Below, piece by piece: positions 11,518 to 25,171 of a stretch of DNA of 64,000 nt; the stretch's first letter is position 1; each line of letters begins with the position of its first letter. Position numbers and translations under genes: made by a program. Under the pieces are notes generated by a model, which saw only the letters and a list, made by a program, of their open reading frames with translations, was not told the DNA's origin and did no database searches. This DNA comes from Eimeria praecox. Lineage: Eukaryota. The DNA is taken from contig OY986949.1 of assembly GCA_963920595.1 (NCBI GenBank), positions 744,001 through 808,000 on the forward strand, in the 5' to 3' direction.

Positions 11518-14500
11518 ATGTTTGGGCTCCTCGTCTTGTGCTTTGGGGTCCTTGGGCTGCCATTCAGCTGGCCTCTGCGGTTGCACGATGATGCTATCTT
11601 TCCACAGCGGTTGCTTCTGCCCGCCTTCCTTTGGAGTCCCTTAAGGCTTTATCAAAAAGCAGAAGGGGACCTAAGAGTTCTCCCCCTAACAAACTGCGTG
11701 CCACCTCCTTCATGGCTCCCTAGCTGGCCGTACACCCGTCTATGTTACGGTGCCTGGGGGGGCGGGGGACTGTACGGTCCCTACTGCTCTCACGGGAGGC
11801 CCCAGGCAAGTCCTACCATTCGGAATAGGATGATCGGCTTAAGGGTTCTCGCATGCCATGCAGTATCATCAGCACCAGCGGTAGCAGCAGGAACAGCATT
11901 GCGCGCCCCACCACCAGGAACGCCCCTTCCGGAATGCGCCGGCACGCCTCATCCATTGGGGTGCTCCGGGGCATTTGAGGCTGCCCGAAGATGGATTAAT
12001 GCATCCAAACCCATCAGAGAAGCTCACACAGCTGAGGCCCGTCTGAGGGTGCTAATGCAACAGGCGGTGGAAGGGCCCCTCGATGGTGATCCCTCGAAGT
12101 TATCAGAAATGCCACCCGTTCGGGAACGCCAGCGCGCAGAGGGACATAAAATTGATGGACCAGGGGGGCTCAAAACCGACCAGGTAGCAGCAAAGTATTT
12201 AGCCCCTCTGTCCTCCGGTGTCACCCTGTTTGGAGAATCGCGACCCGTTGCAGGCTGCGCAGCGGCGGCCGCCGTGAGAGTGGCCTTGCACTTTCCTGCG
12301 AAGCTTCAGCAAAACGGCATGAGCAACAACATAAACCGATGCTCAGTGGGTAGGAGCAATTCCAGCCGCTTGTGCTGCGCCGCAAGCAGGCAAGGAGCTA
12401 AAGTGTACGTTTGGGGGGAAAGTGACTCGCTTGTTGTTGGCGGTTTGCTTCAGTTGCTATCAGGAAGCCTTAATGGAGGGACTCCGTGTGGGGTATTCTA
12501 TTTGGCCGGCCTAGGTCCCAGCAAGCTGTTGCGCCGTTGTAACTTGCTGGATATGCTGCCGCACACTCGGATTCGGGGCTTTCGGGAGGCTGTTGAACTT
12601 ATTTTGAGTTCCACCTGCGATTTGCTGCAGCGGTGCATCCGCTGTGAAGTAGGCTTGCCGCTGGGGAAGGGGCCTCCTGATTTTAATGGGGTCGAGGGAG
12701 GGATCCCTGTGGGCGCTTCCTGTACTGCATCCAAACCGGACTGGGGAGAAACAGAATCACCCATGCTACCGACAACAACAGCGCCAGACACTATACCAAC
12801 ATCCGTGAAGAGGGGGACGGGAGACGGTCGTACTGATGGCGCGCAAGAGTCTCTTGGGGAGTTGTCAGACCCTTTCACACTTTCAGCAAACAAAAGAGGA
12901 CCTTATCTGCGACAACGTGGAGAACCAGAACCAGCTGTGTTGAAGGAGCGTAGTCGTGCGGCGCTTCCCCTTGGTGGTGGCGTTGGCTCAGAGGTGCACG
13001 TGCTGGTCTCTGGGGGAGTTGATTCTGCTGTATCTTTGCTCCTCATGCGCGAATGGGGCTTCAGAGCCAAGCCTGTTTTCCTCAAGGTCTGGGCCCCAGA
13101 AGCCGCCCAACTGAAGGGACAGCTGCGTTCCCAGCACCATGAAGGGACGCTTGCTGTTGCAGCCGCTGCAGCGGCAGCTGCAGCAGCTTGCCCGTGGCGC
13201 GAAGATGCTGAGTCGGCAGCGGCAGTGGCTGCTGCAGCAGGTTTGCCCCTTGAGGTGTTCCCCATGCAGCAGCAGTATTGGGACAGGGTCATCGCTACCT
13301 TCATAGAAGGAGCTCGGTGAGTTCTTATCTGCGCAGCGTCCAAGCCATAAGCTAGGGTCTGTGCCACTCGCCTAACTGTTAGAAGAGCAGATACCCAAGT
13401 CAATAATGAGTACTCAATGCGTATCACGTATACTGTGTCGAAGGTCGGGCTTGACTCTTAACCCAGACTGGAGCTGCAACTCCCTAGTGAAATTCGGGGC
13501 CTTTGCGCAGACTCTTGGTGATGTAGACTCTCCAATCGTCTCCGGCCATTATGCGAGGATCCAAATGGATGGAGGTAGGTAATAGGCCTTTGGAAGGTGG
13601 CAAGGCATCGTTAGTGAGGGTTCCTTTGAGAACTACCTATATGGCGCGCAGCAAATGCACCTGCTGCTTTCGTTGCAAGCATTGCGGAGACAAGAGCGGC
13701 TGCACCTCCCTTGTTCTTCGTAGCTAAATTCTGGGAATTCGCGCAGAAATGGAGCAGGTGCACCCGCGCTGACAGCACTGAATTGCTTCAACGCTTGCAG
13801 GCCTTTCATGTTGATGCTGTTGTCGCTTGTGTGTGTGCCGCTCAGGGACTCCCCGGTTACTCAGGGGGAGAGACTTGGCAAAGGATCAGTCTTACTTTCT
13901 TTCTGGTTTGTCCACCCAGCAACTGTCTCGTTCCCTGTTCCCTGTGGGCGCCCTCTTGAAGAGCCAGGTAAAGCTGTAGAGCCTTCTGTTGCTCTACTTA
14001 GTCATTAAATCCCCGAGGAGGCAAAAAAGACAGCACCAGCCCGTTGCTCTGCTGCTGCGCGTCGTGATTTATTGCAGGTGCGGAAGCTGGCAGCCGACTG
14101 GCACCTGCCTTCTTCACAGAGGCCGGATAGCCAAGGCCTCTGCTTTTTGGGGCCGTTGCCAGTGGGTCAGTTTCTGATGCACCTGCTGGGAGAGAAGGAA
14201 GGCCCCATTTTTCATTTTCCATCAGGAGCCCTTGTTGGCCGTCACAAAGGCCTTTGGGCATTTACTGCAGGCCAGCAAAAGGGGGTCCTGCCTCTCTTGG
14301 ATCCCCGCTTATGCAGACGCTGCGTAGGAGCAGGTGGCGTCCCTCCAACACTTTCAGGACCTTGGAGTGTAGTGGGCAAGGTGCCTGAAGCCAACGCCCT
14401 TTTTGTAGTCAGCAAAGAGGAGGAAAGAGCAGCGGAAGACTGTGTCCGGATTCTGGCAACTGAAGCCAGGGATTCCCCTAAGTGCAGCGGTGGCCCCCTC

Positions 14501-15067
14501 CTAGAGGCTGCTACAAAGACCGACCGAAGGGCCCTTCTCGCATTGGCACTTAGACAGCTAAGAACTTGTTTAAGGGTGGACAACGTAAGGTGGTTTAAGG
14601 GAGAAGCCCCCCCGGAGTTCGCTGCTTCTGCTGCTGCTCATGGGACGCCCTTCCGCAGCGACGGTTCTATCGTAGCAGCCGTTGCAGCAAGTATGGTCGC
14701 TGCTGCAAGGGAAGGTGCTCCAGTGCTTGTTGCGAAGCCTGCGAATGATACTTTAATAAAAGACACCAACGAAGGGGTAGGGCTCGTTGTGCAGGTGAGA
14801 CACAGCGCAGGCTTTCATGGAGTGGCAAAGCACAAATTCAAGGTTTTGTGGGCGTCAGAGGGGCCTTCACAGGAGAGACTCTCAGGAAGCTCGTCATGTT
14901 TTTCTGTTCCTCATGAAGCGGAGTTGTTGCTGGAGGAGCCCGATATAGGCCTCGCCCCTGGGCAGATTGCCGCCTTTTATAGGGGTGAGGAGTGCGTGGG
15001 CTCGGCGCGAATTTCTCCCTTGCAGGGCTTACCGGTATTGAAGGGTATCCTGGACAAGGGGAATTGA
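11518..15067 (+). CDS. mnmA: tRNA U34 2-thiouridylase MnmA with N-terminal SufE-like domain; signal peptide, probably apicoplast-targeted
   Basis: Exons 11518-13316, 13444-13574, 13846-13967 and 14078-15067. Motifs: [12 protein letters not shown] (PP-loop), [53 protein letters not shown]. SufE-like segment: VAGCAA…[15 protein letters not shown]…LPHTRIRGF. Confidence 0.92.
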
Positions 15068-17082
15068 TAATCAAGACGAGGAGGCAAACTATTACGTATT
15101 TGCCGGTGTGTCTTTGCGCTTGTTTCACGGACAATGAATATTTGTAAATCGTTGTGCAAATCACGGGGCTATGCACGCAAATGAAGAGTGACTCACCTAA
15201 GCGCCTAGCATCAGCGAGGGTAATGAAGCAGTCCTTTACCAATCTGAAATGAGGGATGCGCACGATTCTAGGAACTAAGGCTTCCCCAAGCTACAGTGGA
15301 AGGTGTACGTAAACTCCGTCCCGGATTCTCATGCACCGAACTGGTTTCCTCAACGATCCATCCTGCTACCTTGTTGTGGAAGGAGATTCGTGGCTTTTTT
15401 TTCAGCGCATCTGGTTCTTTTGGTATTTTGTTGTGGGCCCTATGGGGATATCCCAGGTCAACCAACTACTTGGTAGCACGTACACCTACGAGCAACTGTA
15501 CGCCATGCTGGCGAAATGCCACTTGCCTTCTGGAGTCTACGTAGCTACATTTCAGATTGTCTAGCACTGGCGGACACTCCACCTGGTGGACTCTGCTTCA
15601 CCTCCTGGCGCCTTTTTAGCTAGCTCTGTTGCTTCACTGTACTCGAGGAGCGCTTTGCAGTCAAGCCTCACCAGAAGCGCTGCGCCTTGAGGGGGCAGGT
15701 AAAGCATATCACGCAGCATTTCAAGGTGGAATGAGCTGGAGGAAGCATACGCAAATGTGAGTTCGACGCGCCAGTGTACAAAAAATAGTCCCCAAAGGAA
15801 TTTGCAGGTAAGATGCTGGTGTGATTGGTGTGCTAACGCGTTGCTTGAAATGTGCTGCATTTAGCAAACCTCCATTGCCGTGTGCGTTGGCTGATGCGAG
15901 CACTGGACGCATACTGAGGTGAGCTATGATAGCCACTTGCTGCCTTCGAGTAGGGTGGCATCGCAGAACTCCAGCTGGCATAACAATAGGAGCCTAGGAA
16001 GGCATTCTTCCCTAAAACTGCATGGCCAGCATAAGCCACCTGGACGTGCTGCTAGGCGCTTTCCACACATTGTTTGAAACAAAAGCGTGATAGCACCGCT
16101 GGGTTTTATACCGAAAGCTAAATATTTTGTCGGGCCTGTCCACCAACCGTGCTGTACTGATCCACTCCCCAGGGTAAGTGTATCCTAGTCTAGGACCGTT
16201 GCGATCTGCAGTTAGCCGAAAAAATGTTTAGATCTACCCAATGTTCAATGAAGCCCACAGGCGTCCTCTGCACATCAACCGAAGGCCCTGTTGCTGGAAA
16301 AGACGCGGAATGCGTTCATTGTAGCATTCTGTCTTGCTACTCTGGCTGCAAGGAGACCCCACATGCAGCAAACTCCCCTTGCTGCGTGCATAAACGTAGG
16401 CAACCGATAAACATGTATGCGTCCGGCAATAGCCAGCTTGCCCGCAACTAGTCACTCGTTCCAACATGAGGCAGGCCATGGTACAGTCACAGATGCGTGC
16501 CCAATCCAGTGAGGCTCATAGGCCGAATTCCCAGGTATACACCTGCTCATACAAAATTACAGTATACAGTGTAAATGTGAAATATAAAGTTAAGCAATCT
16601 ACGCTCACCTAACGCCCTACGAAGCATCCGTGCTTGAGCGCTGCCGTTAAAGCATACAACCGACTTTACAACCGCACTAAAAGCATCCAACCGGCTTTAC
16701 CTTCATCCACTATTGATGCAGTAAATTAGGGGGTAGTGTTTCACAGAATCAGCGGAACTGTTTACGTAGATAAAGCCTTGCAGCCCATGTACTGGGCACA
16801 TTAGTTCAACGCCCCAGCAGTGAGGAGCTACGTGCTTGATGTGCACATCAAGAAAAGAATAGGTAAGGGCTTCTGCTTTTCACAAAAAATAAAAAACATG
16901 AATAATACACGACCTTGACTGAAATGGCTAATACCGTTATTCTGTTTGCTGCTGCCTTCCACCGCCTTGTGCACTACTCACAACAACCCCACCCCCCTTC
17001 CATTCTACGAAGGGCCCCGTAGCATGGCAGTTCCCCCATACTATTTATTTTCTTATTTATATCAATTTCGACATGCATGCAA

Positions 17083-18015
17083 ATGGAGGCTCAGAAGGCT
17101 GCTAGGTAAAGACGGCTGACTTCCTCCTTCAGCGTCTAACAACACACTGCTCGTGGTTTCCCCACTTCTCCCCTCTATGCTTCCTTCCTTCCAACCATCG
17201 CTTCGATGTTTTACCAGAAACTGAATAATTGCGCATATTCATTCAGCTTACTTGCTTCATTAAAGCCAACAATACATTTTCGTTGCTTCTGTTCGCTCTG
17301 GTGTCGTGCGCAGGCGGGTGCCGTACGGCAGAATTGGCGATTTCGTGGGGAAGCGAATTCGCTTCATTGGGCGTATAAAAGAAGCCGAGGAAGATGCTGT
17401 CATCCTTGAGGCTTCAGAAGGTACGCACGCTAAAAGTACAGTGCACGCTAGCATCGCCCGGGCTTTCAAGACAAGCAAGGCATGCTGCGTGGAAACCGAC
17501 CCACTGCCTGGCTAGCTAAATCCAGATGTTAAACACTGTTCCGGTTGCAGCAACAACTTGGTGGGCTCCAGGTCTATTTCTGGTACTGCTGCTGCTGTAG
17601 GTAAATGTGTAAAGTGTTTTCTTCGAGGAACCCCTCCGCCCTGCCGCTATGTGGAAGTGGTGGCAACGGTGCAAGATGATCTGACAATCAAGCAGGGCGA
17701 ACACGATCAGACCATCCCTTTAGGGGACAACCTGGGTGGGCGCTTTTCGTTTCGTGTGCTCCCTACTGCTCTCTACTCCTGACGGGCAACTGGTGCATGC
17801 CGGCAGAATCTGCATTTGCAAGTACTGTGCATTTCATAGACCCCCATCCCTCGTAATTCGCATAGGACTAGTATCTGCGACTGGTAAAGTGAACCTTCCG
17901 GCTGTTCGGACTTTGGGCTGTGTGTGTTCTGGGGCGAGCAGACATTGATCTGGCTGATGCAGCCACAGCAGCAACCTTCCATCCTCAGTTCAGCCATATG
18001 TTTGAGGGGGAATAA
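17083..18015 (+). CDS. RPA3: Replication protein A 14-kDa subunit (RPA3-like OB fold)
   Basis: Four phase-matched exons (17083-17105, 17314-17420, 17601-17735, 17942-18015) give a ~112-aa protein: RRVPYGRIGDFVGKRIRFIGRI…YVEVVATV…LGDNLDIDLAD. Confidence 0.75.
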
Positions 18016-19766
18016 ACGACACTGCCAAGCGGGTGTAGCTGCTGCTGTGAGAATGCGGCACCAGCACTTAATAAGTCTGGCAAGTAGGAGCGAGTTTATA
18101 GGGGGGCTTTGCCTCTGCTTGTCGGCGTGGAGAGTTGTTGGGTCCCCACAGTCTCATGGGCTGTGGGACGCTGACAAACACTCTTCATTTCTGTTGCATT
18201 GTTTGTAGTACTTACAATATAATGACCCCTTGCTTTGAAGTAACTAGCAGCTTACACGGGCAAATAAAAACACTCATAGGGCCTTAACATCACAGCATGG
18301 GTGCCTTCCTGAAGTATCCAATTGTACAGCGTCTTTAAAAACTAGTTAATGCTTTGCTGTATTGAAGACCTTTATGCACTCGCCATCAGCAGGACGTTGG
18401 GCTATGTCGTAGCGAACAATTCGGGTGATACATTATATGTCTGCCTACGAACAAACGCAGCTGCTGAGCTACTTTGTCGCAGTAAATGCTGCAGCTACCC
18501 CCACCACTCCCCCCGGTACATGCACGAAGCGTCAGAGGGATTCCATAACTGGCATGATAGCCAGGAGTTCACAGGCGTGCAAGAAGCCGCCCTTGCTTGC
18601 CTCGTTCAATGCATCAGCTCCTCTCCCTCTAGATGAGCAAGCAAGGCTCAACCAGGGCAGCCGTTGCGTCCCTTACAAACAGGGAATGGCAGGATGTCCA
18701 CACCAAGTGGGAGGCAGAAGTCTCCGGTCGTCAATAGTCCGCTGGGTGGCCCTGTAGGTTGGGAGCATAGAGCAGTTGCCGGTAGACTGGTACCGCTAGA
18801 AGAGGCAAATATTGAAAGGCAATACAGAATTACAAGTCGAGCCCTTTGCGCCTAAAACCCTTCAAGGCAAACCCGCTCCATGTGTTTACACGTCTCGTGG
18901 GGTGGGGGGTACAGCTGCCGCTAGAGCTAAGTGCGGATTTTTGGGTCTTTACCAGTAAGGCCACGTGAAACGGATTGGGGGATAGACATGCTATAAACGG
19001 AAACTCTAACTTTTTATTATCTTCTATAATTGACAGAAATATAAACCTTCAAGGTGTGGGCTTGTGCCGCCAGTTCCGCGGCCTCCCCAGCCCCCCTGGC
19101 CACTGAGACCCCTTCATCTCCTTCACTTTGTCGCTATAGCTGCGTATACTGTTGACTTCTCTGTGCTTTTTGCTTGAGTAGACGAGCAGGAAGGAACCCT
19201 TGCTGCGTCGTCCTACAGGGCTACACACCCACATCTCCTCATACCTTTCTTGGCTCTGCATCCGCCTCCTCTCGTTTGATCCCCTTGTGCAGCTTCACTG
19301 GGGTTCTTGCTCTTGTACCCAAAGTATGTGCTTGCGGATGCTGCCTGAGGCGTTGGCCTGTTCACGCCCAGCGGCACCTCGCCAGCACAGCGGTACCAGC
19401 GGTGGCCTTCCCCTCCCCCAACAGGTTGTGACAGTCCCGTTGCTTTTCCCCCCTGCTAGTTGCCGTATGTCTCCTACTTCACCGCACCTTGGGCTGCATG
19501 TGAAAGTGACGCTTTGAGGGGCAGCTCTGCTGGTGACGGACGGAAACGCACCTTTCCATTCTCCAGGGCCTGTGTTGAACTTTCGTGCTCGATCAGGCAT
19601 CTTTTCACCTAGTGCGCTGTGGTGCGTTTTGGGGATATTTCTGTCCCTTGGAGTATCAGCTGCTGGATTCCTCTGATTTGCCCAGCGAGCGCGTCAGCAT
19701 TGCATGCGTTGCTGAGTATTGCGGGCAGTTCTCGTCTCTGCTGCAGCCTCGACACGACTGTCTCCA

Positions 19767-22700
19767 ATGAAAGAAGAGGGAGGCCGTACAGCTGCCTCCC
19801 CATCTGCAGCTGCCTCCAGTAGTCCCACTGCGAGTCAAGAGAATGACCAGGCTCAGGCCAACGCGGCAGCCGCTCCTCATGGCGTCACCACCAAACCCCA
19901 GGATGATGTGAACGCATCACAGTATGCAGCGGGATATGGTAGGCGCAAGGGAGGGGCCGGCGGTGCCAGGGGCAGTCTCTTAAAGGGCCGCAGCAAACAC
20001 AGACCAGCCCAAGGCGTAGGCGGCAGCGGCTCCGGTGCTGCCGTTTGCAGTAAATTCGTATCACCGGAGGCGGTCCTTAGCGCCGCACGTGAGGTGAAGG
20101 ACAGTCTCCCTCAACTTTCCCCCGAGCTTCTCACAAGCCTGAAGGCGAGAGGCCTAGAACCGTGTACACTTAGGGAGGTCCTGGAGGAGAGGGGCATCGA
20201 CTGGGCAGCAACGCAGGTTCGCAGCTGTACCTGTTCATCCCCATCTTCTCTCCCCTTATCTATATCCCTCCACGCATCGGGGGTCATTAGAGAGGTGTTC
20301 TCCTCGCATTCGTCGTTACTTGCGTATTTTGGCCTTGTCCCCCACCTGGCGGTTCTGATGTTTTGCATTTGAAGGATTTGTTTATGTGTGTGTTTAGGTG
20401 CGGGACGAGAGAGCGGAGTCGGAGCATGCGCGGCTGCTGGAGGCATTCCAACGGCAATGCGAAGGGTGGGGGAACAATAGAGAAGGCTGGGTGCACAGCA
20501 AATGGCACAGCGTCATTGTCTGCCCAGATTTTAAACGTGGGGGACTGCAGGTGGGCTTCCGTGGCTGCATAGTCTTGCGTTCTTGTTGGGAAGCCGCACA
20601 GGCTTCCTATGAGCGTCCTTGCGGACTTGTATTTTTGGTTATATATTTCTGCAATTCGTTGCACTGGCTTTGGTAGTGCATGCGGTTCGGCTTTGCTTCG
20701 TGTCGCGTGCGCCATTGTGCGTGGTGTCTTGTTTCAGGTCTCTCGGTCTTCAATGCGGGAGATGTGGAATAGCATCATGTCGGTCGTGCACGGATTCGTA
20801 GATCCTGACCTGGTAGTCTGCAGGGTCACTGACCCCACTCACCCGGTGCGCTTCGCGACTCCCCCTGGCGAGAGCTGCTACACCGTTGTGTACGCCGGGA
20901 AGGAGCCGATAAAGGCCTCCAGGGAACGAAGAATACTTGGAGAGTATACGGGGCATGTCCGCGCTGGAAGCACCAACAAACAAAGGTACGTACAGATCGT
21001 TTTCCGTGGCATCTGCATTTTCCTAATTTCAAATGCGTCCATGGCGGGCTCTGGTGAGCGCAGGTGTAGTGCGCCCGCATTGCGTCGAATGGGAAGATGC
21101 GCATGTAGACGAACAGAGGCAGTTGCATGCATGATTTAGTGGAGAAAGAAGTGTCGTTTTGTTGTTGTGAGGCTCGCCGAGGGGAAAGTTGCAGTTGATA
21201 GGTATAATAGTAGGCTAGTTTGGCTGTATGCTCTTTGCAGATTCGAGTATGTCTTTGACTTGTCATTCTGTGCTCTGGCATGGCGCGCGGCGGAGGAATT
21301 CGAGAAAGATAGTGATTCGTCAGGGGACGAGGGTTCCCCTATTCCAGAAAAAGCCCCACCCCCAGCCCCCTCTGAGCCCACAGGGTCGGGAAGAAAGAAG
21401 GGGCTAAAGAAAGACGAGGCGGACCCAGCTAATAATGAAGGCGTGCGCAGAGTGCAAGTCACAGGTGCGACGCTTGGAGGGTAGGGTTATCTCGAAAGCT
21501 AGGGAGTGCCCATACTCTGCCTTGGGAGTACAGACCCTGAACCAAAAGATGGCAGCAGCCTGTGTCTCTCAGGAAAGAGGAAGGGCAAGCCCAAATGGCG
21601 CAGGTGTGCGTGTTGTGCTCAATGGATGCGTTATGTTTGTGCGTTTTTGCTCCCAGGCTCTTCGAATATCGAGCGTGTGGCACTCCCTGTACGAGGAGAG
21701 CTGGTGTTGGACTCGCATGATGCATGCAACCAGATGTCGCTTGTCAATCACTACGGTGGGTGCCGTCATTTGATCTTATGCCCGCATGCCCCGTTTGCCT
21801 CTTATTGTGTTTTAGTTATGGTTACCTCAACTGTGTCTCTGCTGCGCACCTCTGACCTCGCCAGTGCCTCTGTTTAGGCTCACACAGATATGAGGTAACT
21901 CTGGACCGCTCTCTGCCCAGTAGCTAGCTTTGTGGATCCATGGTGCGCCCATGGTAAGCTATGTGCTTGATAGATAGTTACGCTTCCGGGCACAACTTGC
22001 TGTGCGGCCGCCTTTTCAGGCACCATTGGACTGCTGGGCGAGAAAATATGCCACTGCAACACAGAGTGGCAGCAAGTCTTTGTGGATGGTTGGCCCCACA
22101 TTGTTCTCACGACGATACCTGGAGTTGCGATAGAACCTGGTTCGTTGTGAGGCATTTCGCGGCATAGCCTCTTTTGGGATGTTCTCTTGGTTCTTCCTTG
22201 CCATGTGACTTGGGCTGGCGTGCTTGTCAGGGCTCGGCATTGCTCCCTCTCTATATATGCAGAAAGGATTGAAATTCTTTGGGGGGGGAGAGCATTAGCG
22301 CGCTCGCTCATCATCTGGACGGTATCAGCAGGTGGCGAGCCATCAGTGATGCCTGCCACTAGCCAGTGTTGCTGTTGCTGCTGCTGCAGGAGAAGAGGTG
22401 CTCGCAGACTTCGGCTATGATTGGTTCAATAGGGTCCAAGATGCCTCTCACAAGGCGATAGCACGCGAGCTCCTCGACTATCGAATCGGCGCCAAGGCAG
22501 GCGCCTGCCAGGTGTGGGGCGTGGAGTCGCAGTTGCTGTCATACATATTGTGCTGCATTGTTGGGTGTCATTATCTCAACAGCCCCTTCCTCCTGCATGC
22601 TGTGTGATTTGCTGCGCAACAGGCTCTTGCACCGGCACGGAATGCAGAGTGCTTAGTGCGGGACAACGACGTGGCGTTGCAGACTAGAGCCAGGATGGGT

Positions 22701-25171
22701 GAAGTGTGCCCTTACTGTCACTCAGACGAAATACCTGTAGTGCCAGTTACCTCCTCCAAGACTGCAGTGAAGGTTGCAGACAGTGGTGGCAGGCAGGCGG
22801 CAGCGGGCAAGCAAGGAACAGGACAGAGGCCACAGAAGACTCAGGCCCAAGGGAAGTTGGACATTCAGGCAACAAGCGAAGCAGGAAGCCAGCAGACAGT
22901 ACCTATATGGGGTGAACAGGTCGTGCATTGCGACGGGTGCGACAGACCATGCCATCTCCGTTGTATCTTCGGGGCTCATGGCGCCAACCGGAGTCATACG
23001 GAGCAGGAACAAGACCAACAGCAACCTGAGCAATCTGGAAAGGAGCAAAATCAGCAGCAACAATGTCTGGAGGGGCAAACTCTTCGGGAGGAGGAACAGC
23101 AGCCCCAAGACAACCGACAGGAAGGGCAACAGCAGCGCAAGGAGCCTGTAGAGCATTTTGAGCAGGATCTGCAAGGAGGCGCAACTGCATCGTTTCAGGA
23201 GCACCAGGGGCCCTTCATACCTTCAGGTGGCTCAAACGACGCGTCCAATGGGATCCCCAAAGCGACGCAGCCCTGCCCACAGTTCGGCGTTATAACGGGC
23301 GGGGAAACTGTGGATGACGTGTACCGCTGGTTTGTTGAAGGGGACTGTAAATGGTTTTGCTGCGTCTGCCGGTTACAGTGGGAGAGAATGGCAACAGCCA
23401 TGAATTTCTCAGTGGACTGGAGAGCCCGTAAGGTCCTTAGCGAGGGGAACCCGCTTCTTTTGCCTTGTTCGAGCGATGCTGGGACGAGAGGCCTTGCGGC
23501 GCCGAAAGCCCAGATGACACAGGTGGAGCAGTTGAACAGCCCGTATGCTTCATATCACACGACAGTTCAAGACGTCAGTAGTGCAAGTGGCACGAAACGC
23601 AGAGGCTGCGGTAGAAGAGGCTCCGGGCTGAGTGCTCACTATAAGAGATCGAAGAGGGCCATGACAGAGTCTACTGCCTCGAACTTTAGCAGGAGCGTGA
23701 AGCGTGTTTTTGGCTCAAGCGCACTGCAAGGGTGCCATCAGGAAAAGTCTTTGTCAGCCACCAGTGGTGGGCATGACTCTCCACAGGAAACAGGGGGATC
23801 GGCTTCTCAAGACAACAGTGCCGAGGGGAGTGGGTACGCAACACGGGTTGCATCCGCTGCTGCTGACCCGTGCATTGCCGAGACTAAACCTCCTTCGTCT
23901 GATACCTTAATTGTGACCGGCAAAGAAAGCGAGTCTGTCCCAGGTTGTGAAGCTGATTCCAAAACATCCGTGCCGCGCGAAAAGCTGACGGAAGCAGTGC
24001 CCCTCATGAAAAGCGAGGAACTCCCCCAAGATCCGGCTGAATACAGAGAGACAAGGCCAGGGGTTATGAAGGATTACTTTGGGACTGCGCCTTCTTTGCC
24101 GATCGGCAGAGGCAGTCTCTCATCGGAGTGCAAACCAAGCAGAGCTGGCCCATCAACAGGCAGTGATGGCGATGACGCTGTTGAGAAGAAGCATGCTGAC
24201 GGTCTTGTGATAGAGGAGGCAATGCGTGTGTACAGGAACAGCAGCGAAAAGAGACAAAGCAGCAAGATGCAACCGTGTCCGGTGGCGCTGACCCCGGAGG
24301 AGTACTCAAGCGAAGAGCTGCTGGCTGTCGGACGGATATGCTGGTGGAACCTCGGGCGCTTTTAGGTTCACTGCAGCCGTGTGTGCATTGCTATAAGTTG
24401 TACGGGGCAAAAGCAAGTGTAGAGGTCTGCAGGCTGACGAAGCGGCATTTAGCGTCTAACTGGGATCATCCGCACTTTGCCTCTCCTGCACAAATACAGG
24501 ATGCACTTCTCACATGTTTCCAAGACGCCTTGCTGACAGTGCAGAGAGAGCATCAACAAAAACTGCAAAGGCTTTTCGACAACATGACTCCGCTGCAGCG
24601 AGGGGCTAGCATGAACACTCTTATTGGAGGAAGCAGACAACCAAGGATACATGAGAGCGCGGCTCGCCGCAGCGCAGAAAGCATGCAGAAGCCCCAAGTT
24701 CATGATACTGAGACAGTGTGGAAGGGAAGCATTCCGCTGCTTTGTGTCACTTTGGGGAAGACAAGGGTGGACTACCAGTTTCCGGATGGCCCTTCGAAGA
24801 AGAAGTGGTATTATGGGGTCGTGAGCAACTACCAGGCGATTTCAAGTAAGGTCGCAGACGCCGGTACGGAGAGAAGTGGCGAGGGCAACAAAGAGGACGA
24901 AAAGGAGAAGAAAATCACGTATTATACAAATCAATTCCGCATAGACTACGACGACGGAGATTTCCAAACTGTACCGCCCCACGAATTGATTGAAATGCTC
25001 ATTGAGACAGGACCTGGCAGCAAACTAGACGGGCGAAAAGCTATCACAACAACTCCTCTAGTCAAAATGCTTTCTCCAGAACTTAAGAGAGCTAACCGCC
25101 AAGTTAATCAACTTGTACGCGAGACCAACAGGAAAGGTTGCGTAGCGGAGTCGGACTCTGATGAGGAATAA
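19767..25171 (+). CDS. SET-domain protein with split PHD finger and C-terminal Tudor-like segment (putative histone lysine methyltransferase)
   Basis: Multi-exon. SET motifs: ILGEYTGHV, YVFDL, LDSHDACNQMSLVNHY, VDGWPHIV, EEVLADFGYDWF. PHD: CPYC…VHCDGCDRPCHLRC…WFCCVC. C-terminal WYYGVV…FRIDYDDGD. Apparent frameshift near 24330. Confidence 0.8.

Noticed and set aside
15268..16479. Scattered short ORFs between mnmA and RPA3
   Set aside because: No recognisable motif or consistent exon chain.
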